Positions 18,325-28,583 of a stretch of DNA of 64,000 nucleotides are shown here, piece by piece. The stretch is from an uncultured Candidatus Saccharibacteria bacterium (GTDB lineage Bacteria > Patescibacteriota > Saccharimonadia > CAILAD01 > GCA-016700035). Positions within the stretch are counted from its first letter, which is position 1. Every line of letters starts with the position of its first letter. The position numbers and the translations under genes are program-made. Where the stretch lies: positions 4,708 through 68,707 of the forward strand of contig CAYMMM010000001.1 in assembly GCA_964391595.1 (NCBI GenBank). Direction: 5' to 3'. The notes below the pieces were generated by a model, which saw only the letters and a list, made by a program, of their open reading frames with translations, did not search any database and had not been told where the DNA came from.

Positions 18325-19801
18325 GGTTTATCCGTTCTGCGACCAGCTTACCAGAAAGCGTCACCATCGGTACACCACTACCGGGATAGGTTGAAGCCCC
18401 GACAAAGTACAGGCCTTTGATATCGCGACTCACGTTGTGAGGTCGGAAGTAGCCGGATTGGAAAAAGTAGTGACTTAAGCCAAAGGCAGACCCATCGGTG
18501 AGATTGTATTTCGTGAGGAAGTCTTCCGGTGTGAAGACAGCTTCTGTCTTGATATGCTTCTTGAGATCTAGCTTCATAATAGTCTTCATGCGTTCGAGTA
18601 CGCGTGCTCGAGTTTTCTCGACCGCTGCATCCCAGTCGATGTCTGACTGCAAATTTGGTACAGGCACGAGTATGTAGAGTACATGCTTGCCCATCGGCGC
18701 CAAACTTGGGTCGGTTTTAGTCGGGATGTAGACATAAAACGCGGGGTCATCTGGGAGTTTCTTCTCATGGAAGATTTCGTTGAGATTGTGCTTGAAGTCA
18801 TCGGAGAAATAGACATTGTGATGGAGCATTTCTGGCAAGTCATGATCTACTCCCCAATAAAAAAGGAGTGCACTCGAGGCTTGCTTGAGCTTGGCAGTTT
18901 TTTTGTCAGACATTTTGGGTCGATGTTTGGCGTCCACAAGCTCGCGATATGAGTAGGTCAGGTCAGCGTTCGATATGACGATATCGCATTTGATGACTTG
19001 CTTATCCGTTAGCTCTACGCCCTGCACTTTGCCGTGATACACAAGAATCTGATTGATGGGTGTGTTGAGGCGTATGGTCACCCCTAGCTTCTCGCAGAGC
19101 TGCTGCAAGGCTCGTGGTAGCGCGTGCATCCCACCCTGCGGATACCATATACCTAGTCCCGTCTCCATATAGCTCACGACAGAATACACTGCAGGCGCTT
19201 CGTATGGGGTAACCCCGAGGTACATTGATTGGAAGCTGAAGAGTTGGCGCAGCCTCCAATCGGTGAAGTAACGAGAAACAAATGTGTATAGCTTGCTCAG
19301 TCCCCTGCCCTTGAGCAGTTCAATGCCAGCTGGCACATCAATAAAATCAGTCAGTTTGTCGAAGTTCTTGTCGATAAACTTCGCACGAGCGAGTCGATAG
19401 ATTTTGGCGACGTCAGCAAAGAAGCGATAAAACTGCTCGGGTGCCTTCTCATCTATGCGTGCGAGTTCTTTCGTGAACCGTGGGAGGTTTGAGCTCACCT
19501 CAATCGTCTCTCCGTCTGGAAACCACGTTTTGTAGTTTGGTTCGAGCTGCGAAAGCGAGACATAGTCGTCAAGATTTTCACCGCAATACGCGAATGTATC
19601 ATAGAGGACGTCGGTCATCATGAGGATGGTTGGCCCCATATCGAATGTGTAGCCGTCTTGCTTAATGACGTGAGCGCGACCACCTACAATAGATTCTTTT
19701 TCGTAGATTGTTACCTTATACCCATCGTGTGCCATGCGGGCTGCTGCACAGAGACCACCGATACCCGCACCAATTATTACCACCTGTTTCTGTTTCGTCA
19801 T
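18299..19801 (-). CDS. crtI: Phytoene desaturase
   Basis: IGAGIGGL, FDMGPT, YPQGGM, GSAFGL, LYFVGASTYPGSGVP. Confidence 0.93.
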   Translation of the reverse strand: MTKQKQVVIIGAGIGGLCAAARMAHDGYKVTIYEKESIVGGRAHVIKQDGYTFDMGPTILMMTDVLYDTFAYCGENLDDYVSLSQLEPNYKTWFPDGETIEVSSNLPRFTKELARIDEKAPEQFYRFFADVAKIYRLARAKFIDKNFDKLTDFIDVPAGIELLKGRGLSKLYTFVSRYFTDWRLRQLFSFQSMYLGVTPYEAPAVYSVVSYMETGLGIWYPQGGMHALPRALQQLCEKLGVTIRLNTPINQILVYHGKVQGVELTDKQVIKCDIVISNADLTYSYRELVDAKHRPKMSDKKTAKLKQASSALLFYWGVDHDLPEMLHHNVYFSDDFKHNLNEIFHEKKLPDDPAFYVYIPTKTDPSLAPMGKHVLYILVPVPNLQSDIDWDAAVEKTRARVLERMKTIMKLDLKKHIKTEAVFTPEDFLTKYNLTDGSAFGLSHYFFQSGYFRPHNVSRDIKGLYFVGASTYPGSGVPMVTLSGKLVAERINHDYKRSID

Positions 19802-19826
19802 AATGTTATCAATTATAATCTAGAGT
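19802..19826. promoter_or_regulatory. Bidirectional -10 element
   Basis: Palindrome ATTATAAT at 19812-19819 gives TATAAT on both strands between divergent ATGs. Confidence 0.6.
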
Positions 19827-20225
19827 ATGGCTTGGCTCTATACTCAATGGGCATATATCGTGATTTTATGCGTTTCACTGACGGGGCTCACGATACTAGA
19901 TTGGCGACACAACGCATTGCTTTGGAGAAGCGCTGCGAGCAAGCAAGCTACACTTGCGACACTCGGCTGCATGCTTGGGTTTTACCTCATTTGGGATTTT
20001 GTAGGTATTTGGCTTAAGATTTTCTCGACGAATCCGCGATATGTCGTAGGGGTCTACTTCTTCACGCGAGATTTACCGATTGAAGAAATCATCTTTCTTA
20101 CGTTGCTCACATATGTGATCCTATTAGTTGCGGCGTTTGTCGAGAGATTCTCATACAAGTCTCAAAGTAAGACGCATACTAGAAGGGCTAAGTCGAAAAT
20201 AAAGCATAAGCGAGGGCGTGTGTAG
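19827..20225 (+). CDS. Lycopene/C50 carotenoid cyclase subunit (CrtYe-like)
   Basis: LDWRH, YLIWDFVGI, LPIEEIIFL motifs of the lycopene cyclase domain. Confidence 0.85.
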   Translation: MAWLYTQWAYIVILCVSLTGLTILDWRHNALLWRSAASKQATLATLGCMLGFYLIWDFVGIWLKIFSTNPRYVVGVYFFTRDLPIEEIIFLTLLTYVILLVAAFVERFSYKSQSKTHTRRAKSKIKHKRGRV

Positions 20226-20587
20226 TGCGATACACATATGTGCTCCTTGCCTGTGTATTTCTGTCCATCTCGTGGTTGATTGTACAGCGGCTGCAATATC
20301 GTGCATCGAAGAATATCCTAATTGTTACCACAATTTGCTACACGATGATGGTGGTGTTTAACACCTATCTGACCTCGCTCCCCATCGTGCAATACGATTG
20401 GCAAAAAGTGCTTGGTATCAAAATGATAAGCTGGCCAATAGAAGATTTAGCCTACTTGGTGGTAGGATTGTATATGTCCCAGGCCGTGTATCAGTATTGG
20501 CTCCAGCATTATGAAAAGAAGCAGCAAGCACAACCCGCGCAGCGCCCAACGGCAGCAGACAAGAAGCGTAACCCAGCCAACTCTTAG
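20225..20587 (+). CDS. Lycopene/C50 carotenoid cyclase subunit (CrtYf-like)
   Basis: VFNTYL...VQYD...LGI...PIEDLAY; GTG start overlaps the preceding TAG. Confidence 0.82.
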   Translation: MRYTYVLLACVFLSISWLIVQRLQYRASKNILIVTTICYTMMVVFNTYLTSLPIVQYDWQKVLGIKMISWPIEDLAYLVVGLYMSQAVYQYWLQHYEKKQQAQPAQRPTAADKKRNPANS

Positions 20588-22577
20588 TCAATCGCTCAGA
20601 GAAGTATTTATGAGCAGTCGGCCGATTAGTTGGATTAATACTGCTGTACCTTTTGTAGTAGCGTATTTGATTGCTGGCGGCACGCTAGATCAGACGTTTC
20701 TAGCTCTCGCTACATATTTTCTCTTCCCGTATAACATTCTCGTGTATGGGGTGAATGATATTTTTGACTTTGAATCTGATATGAAAAATCCACGCAAGGG
20801 TGGTGTCGAAGGGAGTATCGTAGCCCCGGAACGACGTAGTATCGTCTGGCTTGCCATCGCACTGACGAGTCTGGTCTGGGGGGCGTGGTTGTGGCAGCTG
20901 CTCAAGCCAATTGAGATTGCTGCGATGCTTGTGGTTGGATTCTTGGCGCTGAGCTATTCGATCAAAGGACTTCGCTTTAAAGAGGTTCCTCTCCTTGACT
21001 CGATTAATTCTTCATTGCATTTTGTGGCGCCTGCATTTATTGGAGCATTAGTTGCGCCAAATCACCATGCGCTTGATTTGCCGCTGACTGCTTTTTTCTT
21101 CTGGGGTATCGCGAGTCATGCACTTGGTGCCATCCAGGATATCGAGCCTGATCGCGCGGCCGGCATTCGGTCTATCGCGACGCAATGGGGTGCCCGTCAA
21201 ACTATACGGTTTACGATTACTATGTATTTGTTGGCTTGTCTGAGTGTCATGTTTGTAGCTCCGCCAGTGTCGTTTCTAGCCACACTGTTAATCTCGCCGT
21301 ACGTACTCAATGCATGCTTTTTCTTGAAATATACCTCTGATGCACAGGCTGCCGAATATCGCCGGGCATGGACGAACTTCATGTGGTTGAATTTTATAGT
21401 CGGATTTTGGCTGACGCAATTGCTTCTTTGGACCTCAGATCCGTTTCAATTAGGACTCATGAAATATCAGATATTGCTGATCGTGAGTGTGTTGGTGAGT
21501 ATCGCACAGATGGGGCTCATCGCATACAACCTCGCACTTTTCCGACGTCCACAGACCACACGACTCGATGAATGGCCCCGTGTTTCGATACTGATTTATG
21601 CGTATAATCAGGCCGAAAATATTGCCAGCACCCTTCTGGCCGCGCTTGGTCAAAACTATCCTGATTTTGAAATAATTTTTACCGATCTTAACTCAGATGA
21701 CAACACCCTGAAGATTGCTTCTTCGTATGATGATCCAAAGTTACAGATTGAGAAAATCGACAAAATAAAGCCTGGCTGGAGTATACAGGCTTGGGCGTCA
21801 GATCAGCTCATGCGACGCGCGACTGGCGAATACGCAATCCTTGTGTCTGCTGATACGGTACTACACCCCAATGCACTGGCGCAAATCGCCAGCATTATGA
21901 CCGCTCAACGCTTACAACTCGCTTCCCTGCTCCCTGCTGATCAGAACAAATCATTCGCACAAAAAACGATATTAGCACACAATCAATACTTGCTCCTGGC
22001 TGCTTATCCAGCCGCGTACATGCAGCAACATTCTCCCGAGCGCTCGACTGTCCATGGCGGTGTCTTGGCGATGGCGGTAGATCCGGTACGAGAGCTCGGT
22101 GGTTTTGCGCTCATTAAGGCAAGCCCACTGGAAGAGCATGAATTGTTTCATCGTGCACGCCAGTTTGGACTAAAAGCCGGCCTCTTTAGGGCTAGCGACC
22201 TTGCTACAAGCCAGAATCACCTCGATATACGGTCGATTATCGCTGACGATATTCAGCGCATGTATCCTGCGTTAAGGTTCCACTTCCCTATCGCTTGGAT
22301 GTTGGCCTTGAGTGGCCTAACGATTTTTACAGGGCCACTGATTATTGCTGGCTATGCTCTCGCAACAGATAATCAAGCACTCCTCATGCTGGCACTTCTC
22401 GCATTATTCGCTCAATTGGTTACTCGTTGGATAGTAGCTTGGGAGAGTAAGCAAAATATGTTGGCGCAGATTCTTGCTCCGGCGACAAATGTTCTCGCGA
22501 TGGCTCTGATCTTAATATCCGTTCTGCAATATGAGCTGCTCAAGCCGCGTTGGCAAAATCGCACTGAGTTGGTATAG
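20511..22577 (+). CDS. Lycopene elongase (CrtEb, UbiA family) fused to a GT2 glycosyltransferase domain
   Basis: SRPISWINTAVPF, YGVNDIFDFESD, NPRKGGVEG, LRFKEVP, HALGAIQDIEPDR; C-terminal half PRVSILIYAYNQAENI. Confidence 0.85.
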   Translation: MKRSSKHNPRSAQRQQTRSVTQPTLSQSLREVFMSSRPISWINTAVPFVVAYLIAGGTLDQTFLALATYFLFPYNILVYGVNDIFDFESDMKNPRKGGVEGSIVAPERRSIVWLAIALTSLVWGAWLWQLLKPIEIAAMLVVGFLALSYSIKGLRFKEVPLLDSINSSLHFVAPAFIGALVAPNHHALDLPLTAFFFWGIASHALGAIQDIEPDRAAGIRSIATQWGARQTIRFTITMYLLACLSVMFVAPPVSFLATLLISPYVLNACFFLKYTSDAQAAEYRRAWTNFMWLNFIVGFWLTQLLLWTSDPFQLGLMKYQILLIVSVLVSIAQMGLIAYNLALFRRPQTTRLDEWPRVSILIYAYNQAENIASTLLAALGQNYPDFEIIFTDLNSDDNTLKIASSYDDPKLQIEKIDKIKPGWSIQAWASDQLMRRATGEYAILVSADTVLHPNALAQIASIMTAQRLQLASLLPADQNKSFAQKTILAHNQYLLLAAYPAAYMQQHSPERSTVHGGVLAMAVDPVRELGGFALIKASPLEEHELFHRARQFGLKAGLFRASDLATSQNHLDIRSIIADDIQRMYPALRFHFPIAWMLALSGLTIFTGPLIIAGYALATDNQALLMLALLALFAQLVTRWIVAWESKQNMLAQILAPATNVLAMALILISVLQYELLKPRWQNRTELV

Positions 22578-22620
22578 CGGATAATATCTAACACATGAAC
22601 GATTAATATCAGCGTGCGTT

Positions 22621-23547
22621 CTAGCGACGCGGGATCGCTGTTTTTATGCTCGTGTTGGGGTGATAACGATTCCAGACGAGAATGGCCAGGATATATACCG
22701 CGATACAAACACCCAAGGATACGAAGCTCGGTATGAGGAAATGACTGGCGATCTGTAGGCTAAGGTTGCCTGGAAGATTTTCATAAGTCATAGCACCATC
22801 ATTGCGTAAGGCGTACGGGATGCCCAAGCAGATAATGCTGATTATGAAGCTTTCGATTGCGAGTGCGAGGCTTGGAGCTTGCAGCATACTGACCTTCGTG
22901 AGCCGCGCAAATATTGTGTATAGCACTAGTGCGACAGTGAAGATTATGCTGAGTGCAATTTGGGCAAGACCGATGTTTTCATACAATGTCTTTGCGAGAG
23001 TGATTACTTTCTCAAACTCTTGTTGAGATGATTGTGATTGCGTGTCGGTTTGTGCGCCCTGTGCGCCGGTCAGCTGCTGCAAACTTGATAGTTTTATCTG
23101 ATCCGGTACTTGTTGCGTGAGGGTCGCTTTGAATAACGTAAGTTCTGCTTGAGGTAATCCATTCTGCTGAAGGGCGGCGATCAGATCATCCTTGATTGGC
23201 TTTATGACCAAGATAACATCAGGTGCAGGGGTATCTTTTGGTTGCTGAAACCAAGTGACAACATCAATGAGCGCAGGCTGAATGATCTGCTCGACTGCAT
23301 CATCAGTCACCGCCGTGTCGACGGATTTCTGGAAGATTTCTTGATCTTTTTCTGGCACTCGTTGAGATGAGACAATAGATGAGCGCATTTGATCGCTTAC
23401 TACTGCATATACCCCACCGTTTTTGAGAAGACGATTTGTGCTTGTGCCTGAATTAAAAATTGAGAGCATGACAAAGCTGCTGAGCAAGAACGGAAAACTC
23501 AAGACTATAAAAAAAAGACAGAGGCGGCGCAAGATTGTCATATTCAC
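22621..23547 (-). CDS. Membrane protein of unknown function
   Basis: N-terminal TM, helical extracytoplasmic region, three C-terminal TMs. Confidence 0.7.
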   Translation of the reverse strand: MNMTILRRLCLFFIVLSFPFLLSSFVMLSIFNSGTSTNRLLKNGGVYAVVSDQMRSSIVSSQRVPEKDQEIFQKSVDTAVTDDAVEQIIQPALIDVVTWFQQPKDTPAPDVILVIKPIKDDLIAALQQNGLPQAELTLFKATLTQQVPDQIKLSSLQQLTGAQGAQTDTQSQSSQQEFEKVITLAKTLYENIGLAQIALSIIFTVALVLYTIFARLTKVSMLQAPSLALAIESFIISIICLGIPYALRNDGAMTYENLPGNLSLQIASHFLIPSFVSLGVCIAVYILAILVWNRYHPNTSIKTAIPRR

Positions 23548-23607
23548 ATTGTGACGTGGTGGTTGAGGTCTGGCAAGACTCAGATCTAGAAAATACTAGA
23601 GATGAGT

Positions 23608-25974
23608 TTAAGATAAGTGGCCAGCGTTTAGCCAACGATGCACCTTTGAGAGAAATAAGTATCGGAGTGAGAAGAATTGCGCCGTGATTGCGGCACTTGC
23701 GATGGCGATTCCAAGAACCAGCCAATCAGGTCGAATGGGATCGAGGCCAAAGAATGATCTTAGTGGCGTAATTATGAAGATGAGCACCAGACCGCCACAT
23801 GCAATTAGGCAACTCCATATAACGCTCCTGTGATAGCGCGGTGAGTGAGTGATTCCCAGTGCGCGTGGTGCGATGAAAAGCAGATTCATGCCAAGAAGTA
23901 ATGTCGAAACAAAGACAGTCATTTGTACATCGATGAAATAAATCTCTGCCATCAGGTACGCAGTGATGGTTGCCGCTGACGTAATCATACCGTTTAGGAT
24001 TACAAAAGGCATGATTTGTCGCAAATAGCTTGGTTCAAACGCTGTTCTCTTTCTATTGCGTGGGTATAATGTCCAAATAAGGATTGGCAAGCCAATAATG
24101 AAGTAGTTTAAGACAGTAATATTGCGTGGCGTGAATGGATATGGTTCAACGGTGATAAACGCCAGCGTTAAGAGAGTCAGGCCCACTATAACCTTATTGA
24201 GGAAGAGTGCGCCAATTAGCTCCATCGTTGTAATGATTGAGTCGGCTAGTCGCACGCCTCGAGGAAGATCGGTAAATTCATTTTTCATTAATACGATATC
24301 GGCAACCGATCGGGTGATTTCGGCGCCGTCGAGCATGCTTATGCCAATGTCTGCTTTCTTAATCGCAAGTGCATCATTTGCTCCATCACCGACCATGCCG
24401 GTATACCCAATAGTCTGACAAGCAGTGATGAGTTGTGCTTTCTGATCTGGCGAAATACGTGCGAAAAGTGCATGGTCACGCACAACCGATATAAGCTCGT
24501 GAGGGCTTTTTTTACGCAGTTCATCGCCAGTAATTACTCTGTCAAATTGATTGTCTGAGGACAGCTGTAGCTGTTGTGCGACCGATAGAACGGCAGATTG
24601 GTGGTCTCCAGAGATAATTTTGATGGCAACCGAGCGTCTCTTGAAGAAGCGTAAGACCGGCTCGGCGGAGTGCTTAACTGCCTGCTCAAAGGCGATGATG
24701 CCTCGAATTCGTGCCTGGGCCTGTGCCATTGAAGAATCTTTAGGCATCGTTACGACTAATAGTACCCGTTTCCCGCTCCTTGCCAGTTCTTCGGAGGATG
24801 CATGTAGATTTGCGGGCAATGCGAGTGAGAGATGCTGGCAGATACTCTCTACAGCACCGATAGCAATGCGTTGAGTCGGGGTTTGTACGACGCCAAATCG
24901 TCTGTCACTTGAAAAGCTGGTGACCACCTCGCCCGTAGCGGCAGATTTTATGCCAAGCGCGCGAGACATGCTGCTGGTATGATCACTGATTGCAAAATAT
25001 TGCGTAGCAAGCGAAGTGACAGTCGAGACAGTATGGTTTTTTGCCGCTCGTACTTCGGCTAAGGTTACGTTAGATTCAGTGAGCGTCCCTGTTTTATCAA
25101 GGCACAAGATTTGTAACCGTGCTAATCCTTCGGCTGAATGAATGTGCTGTAGGAGCACTTGTCGGCGCAAAAGTTTGATTGCACCATATGCAAATAGCAG
25201 TGTGGACGCCAGGATAAGTCCCTCGGGGATTAAGCTGCCCGTGATAGCTGCAATTTGCTTGATGAGGGAAATCGCATCACCACCGATTAGGCGCTGCCGT
25301 ATGGTGAGTCCGATGACAGCAATAAGCAGTACATAGCTCAAGGTACTAATGATACCAGCAAGCGCACGCTGTATGGGTGTGCTGTGCCATTCGTGCTTCT
25401 TGACCTGGTTGGTCATGGTGCCCAGCTTGGTGTCTTGTCCAATTGCCTTTATGCGGATAACACCACTCCCCGCCGTGACGAAACTGCCGGCGTAGACTCT
25501 ACTAGCCCTGTTTTTCGCTAGGCTGATAGATTCTCCTGTTAAAAATGCCTCATTCACTTCGAGGCCTTGCTCGGATCGAACCACGCCATCAACAGGTATT
25601 TGGTCACCCCCCTGCACCTGTATGACTTCACCTGCCTGGAGGGCTTGTAGTGATACTTCTTGGAGTGTGCCGTCGGGTAGCACTTGTTTTGCTACTTTTG
25701 GCATGAGTTCCGAGAGCCGCTCGAGTATGCGACGAGCTCTGATTTCTTGGGCGATGCCGGTGATGACATTGATTGCTAATACGCTGGAAAGAAACAGTGC
25801 GTCGCGTGCCTCGCCAAACCACAAGAGCAACACAATAACGCTTCCCATCACAATGGTTACGAGGCTTACGGTGTGTCGCAGGATAATTGATCGAATATCC
25901 TGCCAATAGCTGTGACGATCTTGCCTCATCGCGTTAGCTGCCTGTGCGACATAAACATAGGCATATTGTAGCAT
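23608..25974 (-). CDS. P-type cation ATPase (CtpE-like)
   Basis: LTGES, IPEGL, CLDKTGTLT, ISGD, GDGANDAL; start may be 25929. Confidence 0.92.
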   Translation of the reverse strand: MLQYAYVYVAQAANAMRQDRHSYWQDIRSIILRHTVSLVTIVMGSVIVLLLWFGEARDALFLSSVLAINVITGIAQEIRARRILERLSELMPKVAKQVLPDGTLQEVSLQALQAGEVIQVQGGDQIPVDGVVRSEQGLEVNEAFLTGESISLAKNRASRVYAGSFVTAGSGVIRIKAIGQDTKLGTMTNQVKKHEWHSTPIQRALAGIISTLSYVLLIAVIGLTIRQRLIGGDAISLIKQIAAITGSLIPEGLILASTLLFAYGAIKLLRRQVLLQHIHSAEGLARLQILCLDKTGTLTESNVTLAEVRAAKNHTVSTVTSLATQYFAISDHTSSMSRALGIKSAATGEVVTSFSSDRRFGVVQTPTQRIAIGAVESICQHLSLALPANLHASSEELARSGKRVLLVVTMPKDSSMAQAQARIRGIIAFEQAVKHSAEPVLRFFKRRSVAIKIISGDHQSAVLSVAQQLQLSSDNQFDRVITGDELRKKSPHELISVVRDHALFARISPDQKAQLITACQTIGYTGMVGDGANDALAIKKADIGISMLDGAEITRSVADIVLMKNEFTDLPRGVRLADSIITTMELIGALFLNKVIVGLTLLTLAFITVEPYPFTPRNITVLNYFIIGLPILIWTLYPRNRKRTAFEPSYLRQIMPFVILNGMITSAATITAYLMAEIYFIDVQMTVFVSTLLLGMNLLFIAPRALGITHSPRYHRSVIWSCLIACGGLVLIFIITPLRSFFGLDPIRPDWLVLGIAIASAAITAQFFSLRYLFLSKVHRWLNAGHLS

Positions 25975-26005
25975 GAGAGTGAATCGCTTCTGTTAGAATA
26001 AGCTT

Positions 26006-26728
26006 ATGGTAGATCGTATATCGAGTGATAAACCTAAGCTTCATATCTCACGCACACAATTAAGGCAAATGTGTGCGGTATATGAGCCAGGCGTTGGGTT
26101 AGATCCAGACAATTCAGAACGACTCAATCGCATTGATCGTGAGTTTCGAGAAGCGTTCAAGTTGCTCGAGGATATGCCGAAGAGTGTAAGTATCTTTGGC
26201 TCAAACGTCGTCACGGAGGGCAATCAATACTATGGTGAAGCGAGAAGGCTAGCTGCAAGACTAGCGCGCGAGCTACACTATGCGGTTGTGACTGGTGGCG
26301 GCCCAGGTATTATGGAGGCGGCAAATCGAGGTGCTGCAGAGGCGGGCGGGGTTTCAGTTGGTTTTACAATAGACATCGCACACGCCGAGCCGAGCAATGC
26401 GTATGCAAACCGCGAACTCCCCTTTCATTATTTCTTTACGCGCAAGGTGGCATTAAGTTTTGCTGCCAGTATGTATATTTTCTTCCCCGGGGGCTACGGG
26501 ACACTCGATGAGTTTTTTGAACTCATCACCCTAATACAGACTCGTAAGATCCAATCAATTCCTATCGTGTGCTTTGGGACAAGATATTGGCATCCCGTGG
26601 AGCGTTTGCTCGATACATACGCGCGTCAGGAGGGTTATATTTCTGATAATGATCTCGCACTTTTCACCGTTACTGATGATCTTGATGAGATCATTAGGCT
26701 GGCTCGTCAGGCGCCGCTGCGCGAGTAA
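26006..26728 (+). CDS. LOG family (TIGR00730-type) Rossmann-fold protein
   Basis: TGGGPGIMEAANRGA, YFFTRK, PGGYGTLDEFFE. Confidence 0.92.
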   Translation: MVDRISSDKPKLHISRTQLRQMCAVYEPGVGLDPDNSERLNRIDREFREAFKLLEDMPKSVSIFGSNVVTEGNQYYGEARRLAARLARELHYAVVTGGGPGIMEAANRGAAEAGGVSVGFTIDIAHAEPSNAYANRELPFHYFFTRKVALSFAASMYIFFPGGYGTLDEFFELITLIQTRKIQSIPIVCFGTRYWHPVERLLDTYARQEGYISDNDLALFTVTDDLDEIIRLARQAPLRE

Positions 26729-27527
26729 TGGCGCGTACGATCGCATGAAACATTCTCGGCTTGATCTCGTGCGGAGCAATTACTCGAGTGATGTGTGTGT
26801 GCGGCCGATCCCGAAATACATGTTTGAGATTGCTCGATAATACGACTTGATCGAGTGAGCCATACAGCACCTCGACCGGCAGCTGACTTGGGAGGTGTGC
26901 GATATCTTGGAGCGTGTCCTGTTCTTCGATCGTGCTTTTGAGCGAACTAACAACCGGATACCAGGTAGCTTGATCGAGCTTTGCTTGCACGCTGAGTGTC
27001 CGGGCATGTTTTAAGACATTGGCCGCTGAGCGTATAACCAAGTCGCGGGGTGCATTTCTGAGGATTTTATAGAAAGCTAGATAGCCTTGGTCAATGAGGA
27101 GCTCGAGTCGATCGCGGGCCGCCGTCCCCTCGCTTCGTCGATAGATCGGCATCGATACGAGCACGAGCTTACGTATCTTCCGCGGGTGTCTGGATGCCCA
27201 GTGTGAGGCTATAATGCCGCCCATCGAGTAGCCAACCACAATTTTCGGACCCCAGATCCCCTTCCAAAAGAGCGTCCAACGCAGAGAGCGGAGATGGGCT
27301 TCGACAGAATAATTGATATTTGTCGGTTTCGGACTTGCGCCGTGTCCGAGCAAATCAATCGTTACACATTGGTAGTCGCGCATGAGAGAATCAAGCGCGG
27401 GCTGCCATATTTCTTTGTATGAAGCAATGCCATGCAAAAAGATAATGGTTTGCTTACCACGACCATGTCGCTGGAGCTTGAGCAGGTATGGGAGTCTCAA
27501 TATTGTATGGAGTCGTGCTGGTAGCAT
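26694..27527 (-). CDS. Alpha/beta hydrolase
   Basis: FLHGI, DLLGHGASP, GYSMGG. Confidence 0.9.
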   Translation of the reverse strand: MLPARLHTILRLPYLLKLQRHGRGKQTIIFLHGIASYKEIWQPALDSLMRDYQCVTIDLLGHGASPKPTNINYSVEAHLRSLRWTLFWKGIWGPKIVVGYSMGGIIASHWASRHPRKIRKLVLVSMPIYRRSEGTAARDRLELLIDQGYLAFYKILRNAPRDLVIRSAANVLKHARTLSVQAKLDQATWYPVVSSLKSTIEEQDTLQDIAHLPSQLPVEVLYGSLDQVVLSSNLKHVFRDRPHTHITRVIAPHEIKPRMFHAIVRAITRAAAPDEPA

Positions 27528-27557
27528 ACTACTAGTATAGCTTAGGTTGGCTTGTCT

Positions 27558-28583
27558 CTATTTATGAAAGTGATTGACGACATTGATCGGGCGACCTTCA
27601 TAGGCGGCCTGAATGTTGTTTCTAGTAGTTTCTCGTATTCGTTGAAGCGCCTCGGCTGAGTTATAGGCATTGTGTGAAGTGAGAACGACGTTTGGTAGCG
27701 AACGAAGGATTTCGAGCTGCTTGATTTCTGCTGGTAGCGTGCGCTTCTCTGCGATGAGGTGGAGTTCTTCTTCGAGCTCAAGAAATTGCTCGCCCTCGAC
27801 AACATCGAGACCAGCGCCGGCTAGCTTCTTTTCCGTAAGCGCTTTGATGAGTGCGCCGGTATGTACCAATGATCCACGTGACGTATTGATGAGTATGGCA
27901 GTGTGTTTCATACGCTCAAGTGCGCGGGCATTGATGAGATGCTTATTTTGTTTTGTAGCCGGTAGATGAAGGCTGAGAATATCAGCCTGTGCGAGTACAT
28001 CGTTCAGGACACAGTATTCAAATCCAAGTTCGATAGAACGAGCATAGTCAGGAAATAGGTCATGGGCTATGACGCGCATCCCAAATCCCCTTCCTATCTG
28101 AATCATGCGCTCTCCAATCCGGCCGGTACCTATCACGCCTAGGGTTTTGCCAAATAATTCAGTGCCTGTAAGCTCACTAGCAGTAATTTCGCCTTCTCGA
28201 ACGGCTTCGATTGTATCTGGCAGTCTACGCAACAATGAAAGTACGAGGAGCATTGCGTATTCAGCTACCGTGTGCTCACCATAGCTTGGAATGTTTGTGA
28301 CGATGATGCCTCTTTTTGTAGCTGCTGCGATATCTACTGCATCATAGCCGGTTGAACGGCAAGCAATGTGCTTGAGCTTCGGAAAGTATTTTAGCTGTAC
28401 TGGACCAATTGTACTCGCAACATGAATGGCGATGACCTCTGCTCGTTTGACAGCTTCGTGAGTGGGGTCAATAACCGGACTTGGTGTCGTAATGACGTCG
28501 TATTGTGGGAAAGAACGCCGAAAGACACGCTCATCTTCTCGAGTACTAGAATATACCAGTAATGCTGGTTTCCTCTTGCTCAT
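27558..28583 (-). CDS. D-2-hydroxyacid dehydrogenase (D-lactate/hydroxypyruvate reductase-like)
   Basis: RSTGYD, GVIGTGRIG, INTSRG, GAGLDV, SHNAYNS. Confidence 0.92.
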   Translation of the reverse strand: MSKRKPALLVYSSTREDERVFRRSFPQYDVITTPSPVIDPTHEAVKRAEVIAIHVASTIGPVQLKYFPKLKHIACRSTGYDAVDIAAATKRGIIVTNIPSYGEHTVAEYAMLLVLSLLRRLPDTIEAVREGEITASELTGTELFGKTLGVIGTGRIGERMIQIGRGFGMRVIAHDLFPDYARSIELGFEYCVLNDVLAQADILSLHLPATKQNKHLINARALERMKHTAILINTSRGSLVHTGALIKALTEKKLAGAGLDVVEGEQFLELEEELHLIAEKRTLPAEIKQLEILRSLPNVVLTSHNAYNSAEALQRIRETTRNNIQAAYEGRPINVVNHFHK

